This document shows positions 36,456 to 62,731 of a stretch of 64,000 nt of DNA, piece after piece (the first letter of the stretch is position 1; every line of letters starts with the position of its first letter). Origin of the DNA: Lama guanicoe (lineage: Eukaryota); contig MU053873.1 in the NCBI GenBank assembly GCA_013239625.1, forward strand, positions 74,524 through 138,523. Reading direction: 5' to 3'. Both the position numbers and the translations under genes were made by a program. The notes under the pieces were generated by a model. It saw only the letters and a list, made by a program, of their open reading frames with translations, was not told where the DNA came from and did not search any database.

Positions 36456-38539
36456 AGACCATCAATCCTATTCCATGTGCATGTCTCTCTCTATGCTAGT
36501 ACCATGCTGCTTTTGATGACTGTATCTCTTTTCCCTCTTTTTTTATTGACATATAGTCAGTTTACAATATTGTGTCAATGTCTAGTGTACAGCTCAATGC
36601 TTCAGTCATACATGAACATACATATATCTGTTTTCATACTCTTTTTCACCGTAAGCTACTACAAGATATCAAATATAGTTCCCTGTGCTATACAGAATAC
36701 ACTTGTTTATCTATTTTATATATACCAGTCAGTATCTGCAAATCTCAAACTCCCAATTTATCCCTTCCCATCCCCTTCCCCCCTGGTAACCAAGAGTTTG
36801 TTTTCTATATCTGTGAGTCTGTTTCTGTTTTATATATAAGTTCATTTGTCTTTTTTTTTCCAGATTCCACATATGAGTGATATCATATGGTATTTCTCTT
36901 TCTCCTTCTGGCTTACTTCACTAAGAATGACATTCTCCAGGGCTATCCATGTTGCTACAAATGGCATTATTTTATTATTTTTTATGGCTGAGTAGTATTC
37001 CATTGTATAAATATACCACAACTTGTTTATCCTGTCATTTGTCAATGGACATTTAGGTTGTTTCCATGTCTAAGCTATTGCAAATAGTACTGCTGGCTGT
37101 GAACATTGGGGTGCAGGTGTCTTTTTGAATTAAGTTTCCCTCTGGATACATGCCAGGGGTGGGATTGCTGGGTCATATGGTAACTCTATTGACTGTGCCT
37201 TTCTAGTGTGTTTTAAAATCAGGAAGTGTGAGTCTTCAATTTTTGTTCTTTTTTCAATACAGGCTATTCAGGGTCCTTTGCAAGCCCACATTTATTTTAG
37301 GATAGGTTTTCCCATTTCTTCAAAAAAGGTCATTAGAATTTTAAGAGGGATTGCATTGAATCTGTAGATTGCTTTGGGTAGTAATGCCATCTTGACAATA
37401 TTAAATCTTCAGTCCATTAATACTGATGTCTTTCCACTTCTTTAGGTCTTCTTTAATTTATTTCAGCAATGTTTTGTAGTTTTCAGTGCACAAATCTTTC
37501 AGCTCCTTGTTTGAACTTATTCCCAGGTATTTTATTCTTTTGAATACGATTGTAAATAGAATTACTATCTTAATTTCCTATGAGGATAATTCACTGCTGG
37601 TGTTTAGATACACAGCTGATTTTTGTATGTTGACTTAAGTTTTGATGTTTTTGAACTTAAATAGCAAGTATTATTTGGAGACTTGCTTTTTGTGCTAAGC
37701 ATTCTGATAGAATTATCCACGATGATACACGTAACTAATCCATTTATTTTTCTCTGTTGCATTGTATGCTATGAATGAAAATACCACAATGTCTCTCTTT
37801 AATGATGGTGAGTTAGGCTGTTTTCAGTCTTCTGTTCAGATGGGGATAGTCTGTGCATGCCCAGAAAATGGTTCTTAGCCAGGCTACACAGTAGAGTCAG
37901 CTGGCATGCTTGCTTTTTATCATTTCCAGCAACAAAGGTCCCAACCTCCAGAGATAAGAGTAGAGATTGGACATCAGTATTTTTTAGAAGATCCTGAAAT
38001 GATTCTAATGTTCAGTCTGTGCTGAGAACCATTATTCTAGAGTATACTGTACACGCAGAAGTAGAATTCCTGAGTGTATCCCTTTAGGTTTTTTTTTTCC
38101 ACATATAATTATTGCCAGCACGGCTGTACTGTACCAGTACAATCAGGCTGTATGCCCATCAGCAGGGTATGGATTCCGTTGCTCCACATCCCTATCAACA
38201 CTTGGCATTGTCAGACTTCAGATTTTTGCCAGTTGATCTCGCATATGACCTTCATTTGTATTTCCCTAATAAATGATTAGGTCGCATACCTTTTCATATT
38301 TAGTGCCCATTCTTGTTTCCCCTTTTGTCAAACACCTGTTTGTGTCTTGTGCCCGTATCATGTGTTTGTATATTCTGCATGTGAATCATTTGGTTGCAAA
38401 TACCTTCCCCCATTTTGTGCCTTGCCCTGCCATGTTATTGCAATGTTTGTATTCGCAGAGTGTTTCATTTTATTGTGGGTGAATTTTTTTCAATCTTTTT
38501 CATTATAATTTGCTTTTACTCAGTAAGAAATTGCTCCTG

Positions 38540-38880
38540 GGGGTGGGGGGAGGGGGGATTGGATGAAGGCAGCCAAAAGGTACAACAGCCTTCCAGTTAT
38601 AAGATAAATAAGTACTAGGGATGTAATGTACAACATGATAAGCATAATCAACACTGCTGTATGCTATATATGAAAGTTGTTGAGAGTAAATCCTGCGAGT
38701 TATCATCAAGCATTTTTTTCTATCTCTTTAGTTTTGTCTCTATATGAGATGAGGGATGTTCACTAAACTTACGATAATCATTTCATCACACATGTAAGTC
38801 AAATCATGATGCTGTAGCCCTTAAACATATACCGTGCTGTGTGTCAACTACATCTCCACAAAACTGGGAGAAGAAAAAAC
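38540..38880 (+). mobile_element. 5'-truncated LINE-1 3' UTR
   Basis: Typical L1 3' UTR text (CCAAAAGGTACAA...TTCCAGTTATAAGATAAATAAGTACTAGGGATGTAATGTACAACATG); imperfect flanking duplication ending CTCCTG. Confidence 0.75.
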
Positions 38881-39839
38881 CTCTCCTGATTTTGAATCAT
38901 GATATTCCCTTATTTTTTTTCCTAAAAATGTTTAGAGTATTACTTTTCATATTTGTCTTTAATCCACAGGGGACTGATTTGTGTGTGTCTGTGGTGTGCA
39001 GTAGGCGTCCAAGAATTTCATTTCTTTTCCTTATACTTAATCTGTTCTCTTAGCACAAGTTATCAAAAAGCCCATCATACCGACTCCTCCCCTCCCGTCA
39101 AAGGTAGCGCTTCCTCTGATGGAACCGTGCTCATGTGTGCGGGTCAGTTTCCAGCTTCTCCGTTTGACGCTCCGTTTGTCCGACTTGTGGGTCTGATATC
39201 ATATGTCTTCGTGTTATTCCTCAGGAGCAACCTGACGATTCAACATTGGTGGTTATACGGGTGTTCCCTGTAAAATTCTTTCAGTTTTTCTGCACGGCTG
39301 AAAATTTTCATAATATAATATTGGGGAAAAGAGTGTCATGGCTCCTCTGGCCTTTGCCCTTTTGTCACGATACAGTTTTTAAAAAGCCCAGTTTTCAGAC
39401 TAAGCCAGCTCCCAGCAGCGGCAACTCTGGGAGAAAAGGACAAGTTTTAGGACAGTCCGTGGAACTTTCGCATTCCGGTGGGCATCGGCGATGACTTGCT
39501 ACTGGTGCGGCAGTGCTAGTCGTATTCGTGCCCATTTCACAGCCCAGGAAAGTGATTTGCCTGAACACCCAGCCTCGGGCCCCACTGAGGAGCTGTGTTA
39601 GCCGGGCATCCCTGGCCCCTCTCTCTACCCCTCCAGGACCTTTGCTTCAATCTCCCCACTCCCCACCCAGTCTCTGGCTCGCTGTCTCGTGGAGAGATGG
39701 AGGCCCATGGAAGAAGTGCGGTGCGACTTGGCCAAATCGTGTGACCATCGGGCCGCTACAGAACAAAGGCCAGCCTCCAGACCCCCAGACGTTCTTCATG
39801 GCTGCCCTTCTAGGGTGCCTCCTCCTCCCCAGGTAGCCA

Positions 39840-44800
<4,961 letters not shown>

Positions 44801-45581
44801 CTGCCAGAGCTGGGTCTCTGCCCTTGGGAAAGGGACCCCCTGCCTGCACCCTGGCCCTCAACCTGGGTGCCTTGAACAGGACAGCAGAGGGGAAGGACAG
44901 AAAGCCCTGCGGGTGGGCGGGAGGAGGAACAGAGGCTGCCTCCGCTAAGGGACATGGCACCCCACCACATCCTCACGGGGAAGGAGGGGCCACGGCGCCC
45001 AGGCTGCGGATGCAGGGCCTGGACCCGGCAGGAAGAGAGGATGCTTTGGGGCCCTTCTTTGCCATCCTGGGGTGTCTGTGTGGTCCTCTTCAGACAGCTC
45101 CCAGGACCCCGGGCAGGGGTCTAGGGAAGAGGATGTGGGCAATGTAGCTGTTCCCAGGGCTCTGGGAGCTCCCTGGTCTGTCAGGGTGTCCTTGGGAGCT
45201 GAGGCTGCAGGGGCCGGGTTTTGTGCTTATTTATTGGGGGGTGGGCTGCGGGAGGAGCCTCCTGGCCTTGGGGGTGCCCTAGCCTGACCATCTTTCGGAA
45301 CACATCTTGGTCAAGGCTATGATACTAACCCTAGAGGCCCTCCCACTGCCTGCTGCCCTCGGTCCTTGGGCACTGGGAGCCGGAGGTCCCACAGCCTGTC
45401 CAGCCGGGCTCCCTTCCTGGGCCCTCCTGGGCCCAGAGGCCTTAGAAACCATCTAGTCCTGTGCTTCTCAGAGGGGCTACAGGTTGCTGACCAGGATACT
45501 TGAAGCCACAGGATAAATGTGGTACATCTTCCAGGGGCATCCTTCTTTTTTAGATTTAGGCTAGGGAAAGTTTAATATTAA

Positions 45582-45587
45582 AATAAA
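45582..45587 (+). terminator. Candidate RNF215 polyA signal (AATAAA)
   Basis: AATAAA ~780 nt after the stop, in an AT-rich patch followed by GT-rich sequence. Confidence 0.65.
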
Positions 45588-45744
45588 CATGGATATATTT
45601 TAACATAAGATGTAAAACTTGTGTGGATGCTTTAAGAGAAACAAGTCACCTTGGGGTCTACTGGCTGTGTGAGGTAGATTCTGGAATCCCTGAGTCCCCC
45701 AGCCTTGTGTAGTCCTGGAACTGGGACTCGGGTGGGTTTTACTC

Positions 45745-46215
45745 CAGTGACTAGGTTACGTTATAGGGCACAGCTGACCTTAATATGGGGAAAGTATCCA
45801 AGTGGGCCTGACCTAACCACATGAGCCCATCAAAAACCGAGTTTGCTCCAGCTGGTGAAAGAAGAGGAAGTCAGAAGTTTTAAGCATGGAGGGGATTCGG
45901 TTCATGAGAAATTCTCTGTTGCTGACTTGAAGATGGAGGGGGCCACGTGGCAAGGGAGGCAGACAGCCTCTAAGAGCCAAGAGTGGCCCTGGCTGACAGT
46001 GGCCAGCAAGGAAACGGACCTTAGTTCTGCAGCTGCAAAAACTGGAATTCTGCCAACAGTCAGGATGAGCCTGGCTTCTTCCCCAGTCCTCTGCGAGAGG
46101 AATGCAACCTGGCAGATGCTCTGACTTCCGCCTTCTAAGGCCCTGAGCAGAGAACCCAGCCACACAGGGCCTGGACGTCTGACCTACAGACCTGTGAGCT
46201 ATGAAATGGATGCAG
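45745..46215 (+). mobile_element. MaLR (MLT1-type) LTR fragment
   Basis: MLT1-like segments (GACTTGAAGATGGAGGGGGCCACGTGGCAAGG; CCCTGGCTGACAG..CCAGCAAGGAAAC; CCCTGAGCAGAGAACCCAGC; CTGACCTACAGA). Recognised by eye; subfamily uncertain. Confidence 0.7.
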
Positions 46216-47279
46216 AGAGGAGCTGGGCTGTAACTGGTCCTCCCCCTGCACTTGGGCCCAGGTCCCCTGCCTTGGAGCCCACCTGAGGGCTGGCGCTCAT
46301 CCGAGAGGGAACCGGTCCAGACATCCCAGGCCCCCTCAGCGAGCCCCCGGCTTGCACAGAAGCAGGAGTTGGGCCGTGCCCGTCAGCTGCACACACAGCC
46401 CCTCTGGACCTTTCTCTGTAAACTGAGGCGCTCTACTTGCTGGCTTCCTGACCAGGGAAAACCGTCACAGAAAGCCAAGAGCACCCCCTACCCCGACCCC
46501 CACCAGTCCTCTGTAAGGTCTTAGCACCTATCCTTCACAGATGAAGTGGTCAGGGCTCCCTCAGCCTCCCTGGAGGCTTCAGGAGGAAGACTGGACCACC
46601 ACGGGCCTGGTGGCTGGCAGCATCAGTACACCGGCCACAAGGTACAGGTCTGCGAAGGCCTGTCCCACTCTCTGGTAGGGTGAAGCCTTGCCTTGCCTCC
46701 CAGGGATCCAGCCTCCTAGATTTAGAGAAACCCTTTGTGACTCACCTTCTGGAAGGTGAGGTGTTCCTCAGTGAAAGGAAGGCTTGACTTTCTTGGGTCC
46801 TTAACGTCCCCATCCCCAGGTTCACAGCTGGGTGGCAGCTGGGTGGCCCCTGCCTGCCTGCCTGCCTACCTCCTTGAGCTTGAGCAAGGACCCCAGCCTC
46901 TGACTCCATCCTTGCCTCAGACGTCCTCACCAGGCCTACCCTGGTGGCTGCTTTCCTTAACCTGTGTCCCTCTCACCCTGACCCTGCTCTTCAGTGGTGG
47001 GGATCACTGGGTCCGTGTTACCCCTTGGGCTTTGCTATGGGGATCAAAAGACTGACTTTCATGTGGCCCAGGTGCTAGAAGCTTCTTTCTGCCCTCGGTG
47101 TGCCCTCTTCTCTCACTGCCCCATCAGGAGGCAGGCAGGAAGCTCCCATTTACTGAGGGTACACAGTGTGCCAGGCCTCTGTTGGCTGATGACCCCCAGA
47201 CTCAAGACGGGGAGGGGACTCTTTGCCCGCCTCAGCCAGTGACGTGAGGCCAAGGTCGATGTGGGCAGATGGCCCAGGC

Positions 47280-47285
47280 TTTATT
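47280..47285 (-). terminator. Candidate CCDC157 polyA signal (AATAAA)
   Basis: tttatt on + strand ~50 nt past the TAG. Confidence 0.65.
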
Positions 47286-47336
47286 ACATCAGGTGGGTTG
47301 CCAGCCACTTGCCCTCCATCCACACCCCACTGCAGG

Positions 47337-56059
<8,723 letters not shown>

Positions 56060-57756
56060 TTATCCAGAGCCACGTGGCTGCTGCTGGAGGAAGCTTCTGA
56101 AAACACCGATCTGCCCAGTTGCTCCTAGGCTGAAATCCAACCTAGACCCCAGGGAGAAGTCTGTTCAGGACCTGGTTGTGGGTGACCCACCCTCCCCTGG
56201 TCACCCATTGCCAATCCCATCAGTTCCCAAGGCCCTCCAAGGACCTGTGTGTGGCAGGCCCCTGCTAAATGCTGGATGGATACATCTGTGAATGAGGAGG
56301 TAACCTGCTATCCATCCCTCCCTGAGCAAACCATTGGACAGGAAACTGGCAGGAAAAGAGAGCTGGCACTACAGCATGACGGGAGTGCTGGACCACCCCA
56401 GGCCACTGTCGTCTCCCGCCTGGACCACGGCAGCAGCTTCCAGTGGGGCCATGGGCCTGTCCACTCCAATCTGATCCACTTTTGCTGTAGAGATCTGGGC
56501 CACACCTGTCTCTCCGCATCACAGGAGGGGCCTGGGAAACCTCCAGTCCTTCAACCTATTTCCACCTCCCACCTCCCTCATCTCAGAAAATGGGACTCCC
56601 CGCGGAGTGCACCCGAGCACTTCCTCGACTCCCCTTCCCATATCCAAGCACCCTGTGCTGCCAGTTCTACATCCAGACTGTACTGAGAACCCACCACCTC
56701 CATCCATCAACACCACACATCTCCCTAGACCTGCCACAGTCCCCGGGGGTTATCCTCCCCCTCTGCCCAGCACCACCTCATCCATTTTGTATGAGGCAGC
56801 CAGGCGATGATTTAAAGAGGCAACTCACTGCCCTGCCGAGAGCCCTTGAGTGGCTTTCTCAAGCACAAAGACTGGACACTTCCCTGGCTCTGGCCCTGTG
56901 AGGCCCCCCCCACCTCATGTGTCTCACTGCCCAGAATGCACCTTCTCCCCACACTTTGTCTAGGTAAGACGCCCCCTTCAGGACCCCGGGCCAGTGAGGT
57001 CCCGTTACACATCCTCAGAGCATCCTGGTCTCCCTCCCAGCACACACCACACTGGCAATGAATCATTGTTTGAGTAGTTATTTGCAGCTGGGAATCTGTC
57101 TCCCTGTGAGCACACAGACCGTTTTTGGAGTTCAATGTGGTATGACCCGGCCACCTGGGCCCAGGCACCTGAGGGCCAGCCTGTGCTCACAGGTGCAGGG
57201 AAGTTCAGAGACACCCAGGGATGGTTCCTGAGGGTGAGCCTCCCAGAGGACTGGGCCCTGGCCTCACCTCTGCACAGGTGCCTGCCGGTGGAGGTGGACG
57301 TCTGAGTGGGCCCGGCTCTCAGACTTGCCTGTGGGCTCTGGGGCTCAGGGTTAGAGGCTCATCCAGGTACCTGGCTTCCTGTGTCCAGCTCTTCAGTCCC
57401 TGGGAATGGGTGAAGGGACAGTGAGTGAGCAGGCACTCAGGGAGGGCTTCCTAGGAGGTGAAGGGCAGGGAGCAGGCTATCCCGGAAGTGGTGGGGGGTG
57501 TTTCAGGCTGGAGGATGGGGTGAAGGCAAGGGCAGGTGGGGTTTCCTGCCTTGAGCCTGAGCCCAGATGGGGTGCTTCAGCAGTGCTGGCTCTGACTACA
57601 GGACCTCCTGTGTGCCCCTTCCCGAATCCGCCTCCTTTATACACATGAAGAAATGAAGGCTCTGGAAAGTTAGGGGGCTAGGCCGGTGTCACTCAGGGAG
57701 CTGGGATTCTTGAGTCCAACATCTCAGCTCTGTCTTCAGACCATGCTACTTCTAGA

Positions 57757-58072
57757 GCAGCACTATCCACACGAAATATAATGCAGGCCACAAATGGGAT
57801 GTAAAATTTTCAACTTGCCACATTTAATGAAGTGAAAACAAACAAGTAAATTAATTTTGATAATATATATTATTTAATCTAATATACCCAAAATGTAATC
57901 ACTTCCATATGAAACCAATATAAAATTATTAAGTTTTTTTTTTTACAGTCTTCTTTAAAGTCTCAAAATCCAGTGTCTATTTGACACTTACAGCTCATCT
58001 CTGTTTGGACCAGCCACCATTTTCAAATACAGCACCACATGGGCTGGTGGCTACTGTATTGGACAGTGCAGG
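57757..58072. mobile_element. hAT-Charlie MITE (MER3/MER33-like)
   Basis: Ends CAGCACTATCCA...TGGACAGTGCAG form imperfect terminal inverted repeats; AT-rich core; GTGGCTACTGTATTGGACAG motif. Confidence 0.65.
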
Positions 58073-58915
58073 TGTAGAGGGTCAGATTCTGTGTTCAAAA
58101 AGCAAATGGTGACTGAGCCCTACTACAGGCTGGGTACCATATCAAGAATAGGGACAGAAAAGGGCACATGGAACCCTGTCCACTGGGAGCCACCATCTAT
58201 GTCTGAGGATCTCTGCAAGAAGCAAATCTTGAGTGTGTCAGCTCTGCTGTTCTACCCACAGGAGAGGCGATGAGGATCTGCCCCACAACACTCACACACA
58301 CAACACACACATGCGCGTGCGCGCACATGCTCCCATATCCCATGTACATGTATTGCCCCAGTGATGGCCTCTCATGTTGCCACCCATGACATATTATTTC
58401 CCCAAGGAATGAGGCAGAAACAAATAGAAAAAACTGACTGAGACATTCTGGGTTTCCTTCCTGGAATGGGAGGAAGGAAATAAAGCAAGCAAGAAATCCC
58501 ACTCTGGGAGGAGGGTTTTCCAGTGGCAAAGTACGTGGAACTCAGGAGCTAGCTTATGAAGACAAAGGAACACTGACCTGTTCACCCTCCAAGAACCACA
58601 GCTGCCATCTGGGGCCACCCGAGATACCAGCTCCTGTCATATTCTGATAAGCAGCAGCAAATACCAAAGCATCAAGTATATCCAGGCAGAAAACCCAACA
58701 TTGAAAAATATCTGAGGTTACCCTATGTCATTTCTTCTCAACAGTGGGGATTTGCAGATATAAGCATGGCTTGAGAATCACGTAGGTATGTGTCAAGTGA
58801 AGGAGCATTTGACATGGGCTTTCTTTGTAATTCCTGGGTCTCGAGTGGAACCCTTAGCCTGAAGCTGTTTCAGCCCTGCACTGTTCCTGAGATCACCTAA
58901 GTGATGGCACTAATT

Positions 58916-59013
58916 TATTTTTATTTTTTTCCCATTTAAAAAAATTGAAGAGTAGTTTATTTACAATGCTGTATTAGTTTCTGGGGTACAGCACAGTGAT
59001 TCATATATAAATA

Positions 59014-59065
<52 letters not shown>

Positions 59066-59178
59066 TATACACACATATTATTTTTCATTACAGGTTACTA
59101 CAAGCCATTGAATATAGTTCCCTGTGCTACACAGTAGGACCCTGTTGTTTGTCTATTCTGTACATAGTTTGTATCTGA
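58916..59178 (-). mobile_element. Short L1 3'-end insertion
   Basis: T-rich tail at left end; text similar to the L1 end at 36540-36740 (ATATAGTTCCCTGTGCTA); imperfect TSD TGATGGCACTAATT / TGATGTTGCTAATT. Confidence 0.65.
59003..59078. repeat. Compound (TA)n(CA)n microsatellite
   Basis: atatatat...acacacac directly visible. Confidence 0.95.
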
Positions 59179-60139
59179 TGATGTTGCTAATTAAGCCATC
59201 ACTACTCTGAGGGAGGAGTAGCAGCTAACTCTGTCTCTCTTCAGGTCCCTCAAGCCCAAGGTGGACTTTTGACTCGCAGAGAAGTGAAGGAGCCTTTCCT
59301 CCGCTTCCGTTCAACATTCGAGCCTCTTCCCCATCTTAAGCCCTAGGACCCTACCCCTCAGGTAAAGGTTATGCCTACCTCCTGGCCAGTGTACCCATGA
59401 AAACACTTTGGAAACTCTAAAACCATCTATATGGCAGTGTCAGTCTCTGACTCAGAACTGCTGATTGCTTAGATCCCTGGTGACAGTGAAGGACTCCCAG
59501 GAAGACAGAGGAGTAAGGAACTGCACTAGTAGAGGAGTAAGAATGGCCTGGCTTTGGATTCCCATGCCACCATGTGAACTGAGGATGTGAAACTCACTGT
59601 CCTTATCTGTAAATAAGTTGCTATAAGAAATAAAAGATGTAATGCATGTAGTGTTTGGCACGGGGTCTGGATCATGATACATCTTCAATAAATCCTAGCT
59701 ATCATTATAATTCAACATTAATAATAACAATGACATAGACAAGCTATGGTGTGTGTTTGTGAGGAAGAGAGCAGGGCAGGAGACTGGGAAGGGCCTCTTT
59801 TGCCATCACTCCCCAAGGGTTCAGAGCTAGCCCGCGTTCTGGAGTTGGGAGGGAGGGGAAAGAGGGGGAAGGAACCAGAGGATCTCAGGAAAGGAAGCGA
59901 AAAGGGCGGGAATCGAGGTGTGCAGGGGGAGGGGAAGGGGGAGGGGAGGGTGGGAAGCGAGGTAAGTGGTCCGCAGGGACCAACCCGCGGGCGTGAGGGG
60001 TGGAGCCTAAAGAAGCCTTGATTTGAGCGGGTTCTTTGGGTTTGAGGGCGGGACTATGGAAGGCAGGAATGGAACCTAGAAAAGGCAGGCAAAGGAGAAA
60101 GGGACCAACGGGTATCTGGAACTGAGATTTGGAAGGGGG

Positions 60140-60900
60140 TGTTGAGGAGGCGCGCCTGAAGCAAAAGAGGAGGCTGGGGAAATAGAGAGGCGGGGCTTTG
60201 GCCAAAGTGAGAGGCCAATGGGAGGGCGCGGGAGCCCTGAAAGGCAGGGGTCGGAGGGAGAGAGGAATTGTTTGGTGAAAGATCGGGGTCCAGGGCCGCG
60301 AGGTGCGTGCCAGGGCGGCGGGCGGGACGTAGATGTATGGATGTAGAACGTCTCACCAGTCTCCGGCGTGGCAGCCTCAGCCCCCGTGTATGGTCGGCTC
60401 ATGGAGCTGCCCCCGGCGAGCCTGCCGCTCCTGGGATACCCAGCAAACCTTAGCCGGGCTCCCGGGCCGCTGCCATGGCAACGGCGTCTCGCGCCGTTGG
60501 CTCCCGCGAGGGAGGGGCAGGAATTGACGTCACGGGGAAGGGGTGGCCCCGGAAGTGCGTCGCCTCGCCCCGTCGGCGACTCGCTCGGCCGCCGCCATCT
60601 TGCGGGCTTGTCGTACCGTCCGTGAGGCGACACCGCTTTGACGCCGCACTGCTCACTTACATCGAGGCGGACTGGCAGCCCTGAGCGTCGCAGTCATGCC
60701 GGCTGGACCCGTGCAGGCGGTGCCTCCGCCACCGCCCGCGGCCGCCGAGCCCAAACAGGTACCGTGACCTCCGCCCCTCGACCGGCAGCTCGAGTTTAGG
60801 CCTGGGCCCTCCCCTCCGGCACGGGCGTTCCTCACTTGGGCAGGAAGAAGCGGCCTCTTGGGAGGGTTGGAGGGACTCCAACTCCCAGCAGGCAGCGCGC
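60140..60900. promoter_or_regulatory. Bidirectional CpG-island promoter of SF3A1 (+) and CCDC157 (-)
   Basis: CpG island; CRE TGACGTCA 60525-60532, ETS CCGGAAGTG 60549-60557, YY1 CCGCCATCTT 60592-60601, X-box-like GCTGCCATGGCAAC 60469-60482; candidate minus-strand non-coding exon donor CTG|GTGAGA at 60357/60356. Confidence 0.8.
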
Positions 60901-62731
60901 TTCCCGCCGGCCTTCTGGTAGCGAAACCCGCTTGCTAGAACAACGGTTCTCAAAGTGTGGTTCGCGGACCAGTAGCGCAGCAGCATCACCCGGGAGCTTA
61001 TTAGAAATGCTGAGTTTCCACCCTAGTCTTTCTGAATCACAGTCTGCATTTCACTAAGATCCCAAGGCGATTCATTAAAGTTTGAGAAGCACTGATCAGG
61101 TGCATCCACCTGTTTTCTGTGGTAGTCGGGCCTACCGGCCCTCCAGCCTTTACCCAGGAATCCCTAATTTCCCGGCCTGCACGGTTCATCTTCGAACGTT
61201 AATTGTCAGCATCTGCTTTCTGCCCAGACACCATGCCAGGCGACGATGTTACTGGAATAAATGAAGCACAACTCCTGCTTTAGGGAACTCACAGACTAGT
61301 GGGGAGACAGAAGTGAATACTCTATAAATGTTTATTATCTCAACCACAGTAAATGATACAGTTCCAGCCAGCCCTTAGGTCTCAGCTAAAACGTGCATGA
61401 GTAATTACTGTGTGTTATGCCCTGTAGTAGGAGTGTCAAGTACAAAGGAGACAGAAATTTTAATCAACGTCGCTTTGTTGGGGTAGAGGGGAGGTTAAGG
61501 TAGGTGAAGCCCCCAGAAGTGAGAGGGAAATGGCGTTTAGAAGGATGAATTCATTCAGCAAACACTTATTGAGCATATACTGTATGCTGACCACTGCAAG
61601 TACCTATGTATCGTTGGTGTTTTCCCAGTCACTTGAGAAAACAAAGAACCGAATTTTGGGGACCCCTAACACTATAGGGTAGGAGGTGAAACAGGAGCCA
61701 GGAGAGAAACTTGAATGAAATGGTGAAAAAGGAAAGACGGGTAAGAATGGGACCTGGGAGTTGAGAGTTTTGTGAAGGGGTGGTCACTGGTCACATGGCC
61801 AGATAATCACTGGAGTTAGCTATAGGCTGTGGTTGTTGGCTTTTGTCAAGAGCACTTGAAATGAATGGGGACCAAATGGGACCTAATGCCAGGTGAGGAA
61901 GTGGAACAGCAAGACTGAGAGAGCTCAGGGTGTTTAGCTACCAGAGGAAGAAGGAGAGAAGGCTGTAGCAGAAAGAAACTTGAGAGCAGGGGAGAAGCTT
62001 TGTTTTTCTGAAATGAAATACTTGACCCTTTGTTTACTGAAAGAAGCTGGTGAGGAAAGAATATTGGAACTGAAGGGACAATTAATGTTGAGTATTCCAG
62101 TGTAGTGTCACAAAACATTTGAACATTGGTACTATGGTATGGTTACAGAGGGAAAGGGCATTCACAGCAGGAGTGGCCAGCAAGGAGTTTTCCATTTCTT
62201 TATTTAGCAAACAGTTGTTAAATATCCCATATCAGGTGCATCCTTGGGTGGGGGGAAACACACATGGCCTTCTGGATCCTGGAACATGGTTTCTCAGAAT
62301 ATGGTCAGATTTCTCCTTGTATCTGAATCACCTGAGCACTTAGTAAAAATGCAGATTCCCAGTGTCATTGAGAACTGAGACCGTCTAGCTGGGAGGAGCC
62401 AGGGCAGCTACTCTTCACTGATTCTTTGGGAGAGTCCCATGCAAGCACAGAGTAGTTAAGAGAACCATGCTTCTGGAGCAGAGGTTCCGAACTCAAGGAG
62501 AGTCTATGGGAGAGAGTCTGTATTCTCAATAATACACTAGAGGAGTTTAATGATGGGGATCCCGTGCCAAAACAGGCACTTCATGACCTTCTTTTTCCTG
62601 TTTTCTCAGCCCACAGAAGAAGAAGCATCTTCAAAGGAGGATTCTACCCCTTCTAAGCCAGTGGTGGGGATTATTTACCCTCCTCCAGAGGTGAGGAATA
62701 TCGTTGACAAGACTGCCAGCTTTGTGGCCAG
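60696..62731 (+). CDS. SF3A1: Splicing factor 3a subunit 1, exons 1-2 (gene continues beyond the window)
   Basis: Exon 60696-60758 (63 nt, MPAGPVQAVPPPPPAAAEPKQ) and 62610-62731 (122 nt, PTEEEASSKEDSTPSKPVVGIIYPPPEVRNIVDKTASFVAR, start of the SURP domain); GT-AG junctions. Confidence 0.96.
60941..61094. mobile_element. MER5-type hAT-Charlie MITE (similar remnants at ~37866-38035 and ~62284-62470)
   Basis: TIRs CAACGGTTCTCAAA...TTTGAGAAGCACTG; internal CAGCATCACC.GGGAGCTT.TTAGAAATGC. Confidence 0.75.

Larger units (their letters stand above)
35290..37640 (-). mobile_element. Nested LINE-1 cluster: older L1 3' region interrupted by an LTR, a SINE and a younger L1 3' end (~36540-37190)
   Basis: AT-rich L1 3' motifs; ORF 36842-37045 = L1 ORF2p C-terminus (KLWYIYTMEYYSAIK...MPFVATW...ILSEVSQKEKEKYHMISLICGI). 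Boundaries approximate. Confidence 0.85.

Noticed and set aside
36842..37045. 67-aa ORF with a protein-like sequence
   Set aside because: It is the C-terminus of LINE-1 ORF2p in a truncated element, not a host gene.
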